Shown piece by piece: positions 46,386-52,547 of a stretch of DNA of 52,547 nt. Both the position numbers and the translations under genes were made by a program. Each line of letters starts with the position of its first letter. Position 1 is the stretch's first letter. Source of the stretch: a virus (Duplodnaviria > Caudoviricetes); IMG/VR virus record IMGVR_UViG_3300021405_000017, positions 1 to 52,547 of that record, one strand, 5' to 3'. A model generated the notes under the pieces. That model ran no database searches, was not told the DNA's origin, and saw nothing but the letters and a program-made list of their open reading frames with translations.

Positions 46386-47239
46386 TGGACGCGCGCGCTG
46401 ACCGGCCCGCCATCCTCGCCGTCGACATCGTCGAGCATCGCGTCGACCTGGCGATCTCGATCGGCCCCGCCGGCCCGCCGGGCGCGCAGGGGCCGCCAGG
46501 GGCAGACGGAATCGACGGCGCGCTAGGTCCGCCGGGGCCTCAGGGCGATCCCGGCCCACAGGGCGGCGCTGGGCCGCCAGGCCAGGATGGCGCGATCGGC
46601 CCCCAAGGGCCGCAAGGCCTTCAGGGCGATCAAGGCCCGATCGGCCCGATCGGTGCGACCGGCCCGCAGGGCGATCCGGGGCCGGCGGGCGGACAAGGGC
46701 CGCAAGGCGGGGTCGGTCCACAAGGGCCGCCAGGTCAGGACGGCGCGCAGGGGCCGGCGGGTGGACAAGGACCGCCGGGCGCGAACGGAGCGGACGGCGT
46801 TGACGGCGCGATCGGCCCGCCTGGCCCTGGCGTGGCGACCGGCGGCGCGGTCGGCGATGTCCTGGTTAAGACGGGCGCGCCCGATTTCGCGACTGGCTGG
46901 CAGGCGCAAATCGGGCCGTGGCAAACGCCGGGTGTCGTTGGCGGCACCGATAGCGGCGTGGAATATCGCATGGAGCCTGGCCGCGTCGTGCGGCTGCGCG
47001 GCGTCTTCATTCCCATAAACGGTGATGATGGCAGCGCCCGCCTTACCGGGATGCCGCCGGGCACATCGGCGCAGGAATTTGTCAGCGCAGCGGGCTTCAA
47101 TATCGCCAACAGCACGCCGACCGCCTGGATGATCATTGTCCAACAAGACGGTCAGCTCTTGTTCTACCGCATCGTCCCGGCGCCGGACGGCAGCGGCGGG
47201 CGCGTCGGCCTGGAAGGCGTGACCTACACCACGACATGA
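46385..47239 (+). CDS. Collagen-repeat fibre protein
   Basis: Long Gly-X-Y tract; [10 protein letters not shown]...W motif. Confidence 0.8.
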   Translation: MDARADRPAILAVDIVEHRVDLAISIGPAGPPGAQGPPGADGIDGALGPPGPQGDPGPQGGAGPPGQDGAIGPQGPQGLQGDQGPIGPIGATGPQGDPGPAGGQGPQGGVGPQGPPGQDGAQGPAGGQGPPGANGADGVDGAIGPPGPGVATGGAVGDVLVKTGAPDFATGWQAQIGPWQTPGVVGGTDSGVEYRMEPGRVVRLRGVFIPINGDDGSARLTGMPPGTSAQEFVSAAGFNIANSTPTAWMIIVQQDGQLLFYRIVPAPDGSGGRVGLEGVTYTTT

Positions 47240-50064
47240 ACGTTCAAACAAAACCTCCGAACCCGTTTAAAAGGCGCAAGCCCTCGCCGATCGCCGCCCA
47301 GGCGACGGGAAGCCAGGAGACGTTTGTCCGCTACGTCGTCGTCAAGGCGGCGGCTCAGTTGCGCCGCGGCGACGAGATGGCGATCGCCAACGCCCGCTTC
47401 CCCGGCGACGCCCGCCTTCGCACCGTCATTCGCGCCACCGCCGAGCCGCCGACCGATCTCAGCAACACGCCGGCGCTCGCGGTTATGGGCGTCGATTACG
47501 TCGAAAGCCTCCAGCCGATCTCGGCTGCGGCGCAGGTGTTCCGCGCCAGCCGTCTCATGCTGAGCTTCGATCGCTACGCCAGCATCTCGATCCCTGACCT
47601 GGTGGGCCTCGACGAGGGGCCGCCGGCCTGGGTCGCATCCGGCCAGCCGGCGCCGGTCGGCGAGCTAACCGGTCAAGCGACAATCCTCGAACCGCGCAAG
47701 CTCGAGTTTATCATCACCATCAGTAGAGAAATGCTTCTCGGTTCGAACGCCGAGAAGCTGATCGGCGACGCGCTGCGCGCCAAGATCGCCTTCGATCTCG
47801 ACAAGTCCTTGTTCGACGCCTTGCCGGTGAGCGCGGCGCGGCCCGCGGGCCTGAGATCTTTCAACACCCGGCTGCCCGAATCGACGGCGACCAGCAGCAA
47901 CGACACGGCGATGATGCAGGACGTGGGCACGCTCCTTCGGGCCGCCGAGCACATCGCCGGCGGTGAGCCGATCTACTTCATCGCCCGCTCTCGCCGCATC
48001 GCCGCGATGCGGCAAATGTATCATGGCCGCCCGCCATCCAATTTCGTCTTGCTGCCGAGCGCCGCCAGCCTCGCCTTGCCGGAGAGCGTGTTGCTCTGCG
48101 TTATCCCGCGCGCCGTCCCGTCGGCCATCGGCTTGCCTGAGGTTGAGCTCGTGGAGAGCGCGGCCGTCGAGATGGATGACGCGCCGGGTTCGCCGGACGT
48201 CATGCAGGCGCAGAATGTGCGCTCGTTCTTTCAGTCCGACACTTTCGGCCTCAAAGTACGCCTTCCGGCCTCTTGGAGCTTACGCCATCCGGACGGGGCC
48301 AACTGGATCACGTGTCTTTGGCCGGCGGACATTGGCGCCGGCGGCGGCGGTATGCCAGACGCGCCGGCCGACCAGTTCACCTATGGCCGGCATCAAGGCG
48401 CATGGGCGCCGGTAGCCGAGGAAGTACCGGCGACGCCGCCCGCGACCGGTTTTGCCCGAACCAATGTCTCGACATCGCCCTGGGTGCCGATCGAGAATTT
48501 GACGGCGCATCTGGCGCCGCTCGACTCGCCGGTGTTTACTGGCGCGCCGGCCGCGCCGCACCCGCCGCCAGGTGACGCCAGTACCCGGGTCGCCACGACG
48601 CAATTCGTTCGCGACGCTGGCGGCCTTGAGGAAGTCCCGGTCACGCCCAACGGGGCTTACGCGCGCGTCAGGGCCGGCGCCAATACGGATTGGCGCAACT
48701 TGGTTGAACTCGGCGTCGCGCCGCTCGATTCGCCTATCTTCATCGGCGCGCCGCGCTCGCCGACGCCGCCGCCGGGCACCGCCAATGACACCATCGCCAC
48801 GACTCAGTTCGTCCGCGACAATGCACCGGCCGGCGGCGTCGAGGATGTGCCAACTACCCCGAGCGGGGCCTATGCGCGCACGCGCTTTGCAGGCGATCCT
48901 GCGGGTTGGACGACGCTTGCCGACCTTGGCGTGGCCTCGCTCACCTCGCCCGTATTCATCGGCAACATAACGGTTCCGAACGGCACGCTCGGTTTCCCCG
49001 GTATCCAATTCACCGACAACCAGGTTGGCGTCTATCGGAGCGCCAATCTCATGGTCCTGGTCGCCGCCGGCGCCGCCGCGGCCCAGTTCTCCCCGACGCT
49101 GTCGGCGATCTTCTCGCCGCTGTTCCTGAGCGGCAACCGCATCCAACAGGTCGGCGACGCGACCGCGGCTACTGACGCGCTCAATCAGCAAACCGCCGAC
49201 GGCCGCTATGTCCGGCCGGGCGGCCCGGCGTTGACGGACACGCTGACCACCAAGGCCGGCACCGGGATCAACGATCTAGGTCTTGCGGTTGGGGACGGCG
49301 CGACGGGTTTCTACCGCGACGCCGCGGGCACGGGCGCCGGCCTCAGCACGATGGTCGGCGGCTTTCCGCTGTTCATGCTGTTGGCCTCTCGCGAGGCCGT
49401 CATCAACGGCCCTTTGAGCGTGGGCGGCAACCGCGTCATGGCGGTCGCCAACCCGGCGGCTGGCTCTGACGCGCTCAATCTTCAAACTGGCGACGCCCGC
49501 TACCTGACGCTCCAGCAGGGCGGCATCGTCAGCGGCGCGGTGCAGTTCCTGTTCAATCCGGTCCTGCCCACCGACGCGGTGACGAAAGGCTATGTCGACG
49601 GCCTTGTCACCGGGCCGCGCGCACCCGCTCTCGTCTTCGATCTCCCGGCGGACGTCACGATTCCCCCTAACGAGAATTGGACCGATCTCGCCACCGTGCC
49701 GTACACGATTCCACTGCGTCCCGGCGTCGCGTCGTTAGTCCGATTGAGTATGTCTGGCAACCTCGCCGATTTGAGTAACGTTGCAATGCTCGCCGTCCGC
49801 ATTGGCTCCGGCCTAGGGAACAGCAGCACTTTCCCGGAGCGCCGCGTCTTCGCCTACGGTAGTTCTACGGGCGCGGTTACAAGCAGCGGCTTTGTCGTCG
49901 ATTTCTTTGCCGAGCCGGCCCCTGGCGCGACGACGATGAGCCTCCCGCTTCAGATCAAGCAGTTCAACGTCGGCGCGCCGATGACCCCGATGCGGGTCCT
50001 CGGCGGCGGCCCGACCACGGGCGAGCGCTCGCAAATCTGCGTCACCGACCTCGGCCCGGTCTAA
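47236..50064 (+). CDS. Major-capsid-like (HK97-fold) N-terminal domain fused to fibre repeats
   Basis: The first ~360 aa parallel the capsid protein at the window end ([38 protein letters not shown]). Then LAPLDSP.F.G.P..P.PP.G....ATTQFV repeats and DA.T/NK..D motifs. Confidence 0.75.
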   Translation: MNVQTKPPNPFKRRKPSPIAAQATGSQETFVRYVVVKAAAQLRRGDEMAIANARFPGDARLRTVIRATAEPPTDLSNTPALAVMGVDYVESLQPISAAAQVFRASRLMLSFDRYASISIPDLVGLDEGPPAWVASGQPAPVGELTGQATILEPRKLEFIITISREMLLGSNAEKLIGDALRAKIAFDLDKSLFDALPVSAARPAGLRSFNTRLPESTATSSNDTAMMQDVGTLLRAAEHIAGGEPIYFIARSRRIAAMRQMYHGRPPSNFVLLPSAASLALPESVLLCVIPRAVPSAIGLPEVELVESAAVEMDDAPGSPDVMQAQNVRSFFQSDTFGLKVRLPASWSLRHPDGANWITCLWPADIGAGGGGMPDAPADQFTYGRHQGAWAPVAEEVPATPPATGFARTNVSTSPWVPIENLTAHLAPLDSPVFTGAPAAPHPPPGDASTRVATTQFVRDAGGLEEVPVTPNGAYARVRAGANTDWRNLVELGVAPLDSPIFIGAPRSPTPPPGTANDTIATTQFVRDNAPAGGVEDVPTTPSGAYARTRFAGDPAGWTTLADLGVASLTSPVFIGNITVPNGTLGFPGIQFTDNQVGVYRSANLMVLVAAGAAAAQFSPTLSAIFSPLFLSGNRIQQVGDATAATDALNQQTADGRYVRPGGPALTDTLTTKAGTGINDLGLAVGDGATGFYRDAAGTGAGLSTMVGGFPLFMLLASREAVINGPLSVGGNRVMAVANPAAGSDALNLQTGDARYLTLQQGGIVSGAVQFLFNPVLPTDAVTKGYVDGLVTGPRAPALVFDLPADVTIPPNENWTDLATVPYTIPLRPGVASLVRLSMSGNLADLSNVAMLAVRIGSGLGNSSTFPERRVFAYGSSTGAVTSSGFVVDFFAEPAPGATTMSLPLQIKQFNVGAPMTPMRVLGGGPTTGERSQICVTDLGPV

Positions 50065-50129
50065 CGCCGGCCGTCCGCTAGCAACTCACCATCATCGACC
50101 TCCGCCCTGTCACCTAAGGGAGCCTCGCC

Positions 50130-52547
50130 ATGCCGATCTCACCCGGCGCTGACGAATCGCAATCCGATTGGATGAGCCGTTGCGTGCCTGAAATGATGGG
50201 CCCGCCTGGGCCGGACCAGCGCGACAACGACCAGGCGGTCGCGATTTGCTTGGACATTTGGCGCGAGGAGCACCCGAACGCCGCGGCCTATCGAGCCCGC
50301 CAGAAGCGCATGAAGCAGACCGGCAAGCAGATCGGGCCGGACGATGGCGAGAGCTATACAGAGTGGCTCGATCGCTGCGTCGATGAAACCGGCGATCCTG
50401 ATTTTTGCCAATGGCTATGGGAGGAGATGCGGGGCGGCGACGACACGCTCCACGCCCGCCCGCCCGCCTACAAGGGCGGTAAGCCGCAATGGCGCCGCCA
50501 AGCGCCATCGCCCAATGCGGACGAAGATCACGACTCGTTCATGAACCGCTGCATCGTCGCCGTGCAGGAGGATGATGATACGCTCAGCGAAGATGACGCC
50601 GAGCAGATGTGCGAGGTCGCCTGGAGCAACGGCGAAGCGCACGCGCGGCCGGCGATCATCAAGAGCACGGCCAAGCCGGTCCACAATTTCGAATACACGA
50701 TGAGCGATGAAACGCCGGATCGTTACGGCGACATCGTCGCTCATGACGGCTGGGTGCTCGACCACTTCCGCAACAACCCGGTCGCGCTATTCGGCCATAA
50801 CCACGACTTCCCGATCGGCCGATGGCTTGATGTCCACATCGACAAAGAGGTCAAAGCCCTCCGCGGCCGGCTCGACATCCCCAAGGGCGTCTCACCCCGA
50901 ATCGATGAAATCCGCCTCCTGGTTGACGCCGGCTATCTCCCCGCCGTCTCGGTCGGCTTCCGCTCGCTGACGCGTCCGAAGCAGATCAAAAACGAGGCCG
51001 GAGATGACACCGGCGGCCTGCACTTCCTCAGGCACGAATTGCTCGAGTGCAGCGTCGTGCCGGTTCCAGCCAATCCCTCAGCCTTGGCGATCGCCAAGTC
51101 GCTGCGCATTTCGCCCGACACCCTCAAGCTTGCGTTCGCCGAGCCCGGCGATCGACGCCAGCTTGTTCGGCGTCGGGTTTTAACCGGCGAGCCCGCCGCA
51201 CGCCCTCACGGGGCAAGGCACAAAGCCATGTCTACCATCAGTGAACGAATCGAAGTCGAACGGAGTGTCATCAACGACCTGCGCGATCGCCAGGCCGAAC
51301 ACCTGCGTAACATTGACGACGCCAACCCCAACGAAGCGGAAGACGCGATCACGGTGAACCTCAGCCGGCAGATCGGTCAGCACGTCCGGCACCTGCAGAG
51401 CCTCGAGGAGGCGGAGCGGGCGCAAATGCCGGTCAGCATGGGTGAGCGTATCGGCGAGATCCTGCCGCCTGAGCGGGATCCGGACGAGCCGGGTTCGAAC
51501 GGGCGCCGCACGCCGGTGCGCGGGCGGCAGCTCATGCTCGCGCCGAGCCCGATCGCCTTCCAGCGCGCCGACGGCGGGATCAAGTATCGGTTCCCGCCCG
51601 CGATCATCAAGCGGCGCAAGGAACTCGACTCAGTCGACTACCTCATCCGCAACGGCGTGATCACGCTGTTCGCGCATCGGCTGAAGAAGAATCCCGATGA
51701 GATTCGGACGATGCTCTACGGCGATGACGAGCGGACCAAGGCCTGCTTCCAGTACATCCAGAAGGCGGTCTCAGCCCCGGCGATGACCGACGTGCCGACC
51801 TGGGCGGAGGAACTGGTCATCCAGGTCCAGGGCGACTTTATGGCGCCCCTGATGCCGACGGCGATCTTTCCGCAGCTTGCGGCGCTCGGCCTGTCGCTCG
51901 ACTTCGGCCGCGCCGGGCGCATCGCCATTCCGACACGCTTGAGGACCCGCACCATCGCCGGCGCGTTCATCGGCGAGGGTCAGCCGATCCCCGTCAAGCA
52001 GGGCGTGTTTTCGCCTCAGATCGTCACCCCGAAGAAGCTCGGCGTCATCACGGTAATGACCCGCGAGATCGAGGAACACTCGATCCCGGCGATCGAGGCG
52101 TTGTTGCGCGACGCGATCTCGGAGGACACCGGGCAGTCGATTGACGACGTGCTGCTTGACGCCAATCCGGCGACCGTCGTTCGGCCGCCTGGCCTCCGTA
52201 ACTACGCTCCTACCCCGCTTCCCCCGACACAAGCGGGGGCCGAGCCTATCCTGTTCAATCGGATGGTTCGCGACCTCCGCCGGCTGAGGGCGGAGCTGAT
52301 CAGCATGACCAACGGCAACGTCCGCGCGCCGTGCTGGATCATGAACCCGATCCGGACCGACGGGATTGCATTGAACGTCGCGCCGGGAACCGACCCGTTC
52401 CCGTTCCGCGCCGAAGTCTATGCCGGATCGCTGATGGGCTGGCCGCTGTTCGAATCGACCACGGTCAATCCCAACCAGATCCTCGCGGTCGATGCGGCGG
52501 ACTTCGTCACGGCGGGGCAAGGTGCGCCGACGTTCGGGGGCAGTTAT
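50130..52547 (+). CDS. HK97-type prohead protease fused to major capsid protein (3' end outside window)
   Basis: Single open frame from ATG 50130 (absent from the ORF track because it has no stop). DETPDRYGDIV, NPVALFGHNH, SVGF and ECSVVPVPANP, then capsid motifs FIGEGQPIPV, PKKLGVI and RPPGL. Confidence 0.9.
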   Translation, partial: MPISPGADESQSDWMSRCVPEMMGPPGPDQRDNDQAVAICLDIWREEHPNAAAYRARQKRMKQTGKQIGPDDGESYTEWLDRCVDETGDPDFCQWLWEEMRGGDDTLHARPPAYKGGKPQWRRQAPSPNADEDHDSFMNRCIVAVQEDDDTLSEDDAEQMCEVAWSNGEAHARPAIIKSTAKPVHNFEYTMSDETPDRYGDIVAHDGWVLDHFRNNPVALFGHNHDFPIGRWLDVHIDKEVKALRGRLDIPKGVSPRIDEIRLLVDAGYLPAVSVGFRSLTRPKQIKNEAGDDTGGLHFLRHELLECSVVPVPANPSALAIAKSLRISPDTLKLAFAEPGDRRQLVRRRVLTGEPAARPHGARHKAMSTISERIEVERSVINDLRDRQAEHLRNIDDANPNEAEDAITVNLSRQIGQHVRHLQSLEEAERAQMPVSMGERIGEILPPERDPDEPGSNGRRTPVRGRQLMLAPSPIAFQRADGGIKYRFPPAIIKRRKELDSVDYLIRNGVITLFAHRLKKNPDEIRTMLYGDDERTKACFQYIQKAVSAPAMTDVPTWAEELVIQVQGDFMAPLMPTAIFPQLAALGLSLDFGRAGRIAIPTRLRTRTIAGAFIGEGQPIPVKQGVFSPQIVTPKKLGVITVMTREIEEHSIPAIEALLRDAISEDTGQSIDDVLLDANPATVVRPPGLRNYAPTPLPPTQAGAEPILFNRMVRDLRRLRAELISMTNGNVRAPCWIMNPIRTDGIALNVAPGTDPFPFRAEVYAGSLMGWPLFESTTVNPNQILAVDAADFVTAGQGAPTFGGSY

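Overview
The window is a large part of a GC-rich temperate tailed-phage genome, probably of an alphaproteobacterial (Rhizobiales-like) host. It appears to be in the excised state: an attP carrying the 3' half of tRNA-Gln(CTG) sits beside the tyrosine integrase with phage genes on both sides. Gene order is: tail fibre and lysis (1-4.3 kb); a leftward IbrA/IbrB/ParB/methyltransferase cluster and small early genes (4.3-11.7 kb); attP-int-xis; an early left operon with YqaJ exonuclease and a putative annealing protein; the CI/Cro switch (22.4-23.2 kb); a rightward modification and VirE replication module; accessory genes; HNH, terS and terL; a capsid-fibre fusion; and a protease-major capsid fusion running off the end. 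The standout is a candidate RNA-guided system. A stand-alone RAMP/Cas7-like gene (16313-17197) and a partner gene are flanked by non-coding arrays of GGY-NN pentamers (five loci, about 36 units separated by 4-nt phase steps). Reading only the NN dinucleotides and skipping every third target base, many units decode by hand into conserved phage protein motifs: terminase small subunit, VirE helicase (three units), tyrosine integrase HxLRHTHAS, a DNA methyltransferase, an ExoIII motif, and two neighbouring genes. Every match I found to this phage's own genes is imperfect. This fits a gapped-code guide system aimed at competing related phages. It resembles what I recall being reported recently as VIPR systems, which should be checked. 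All family assignments come from motif recognition by eye, not database searches.
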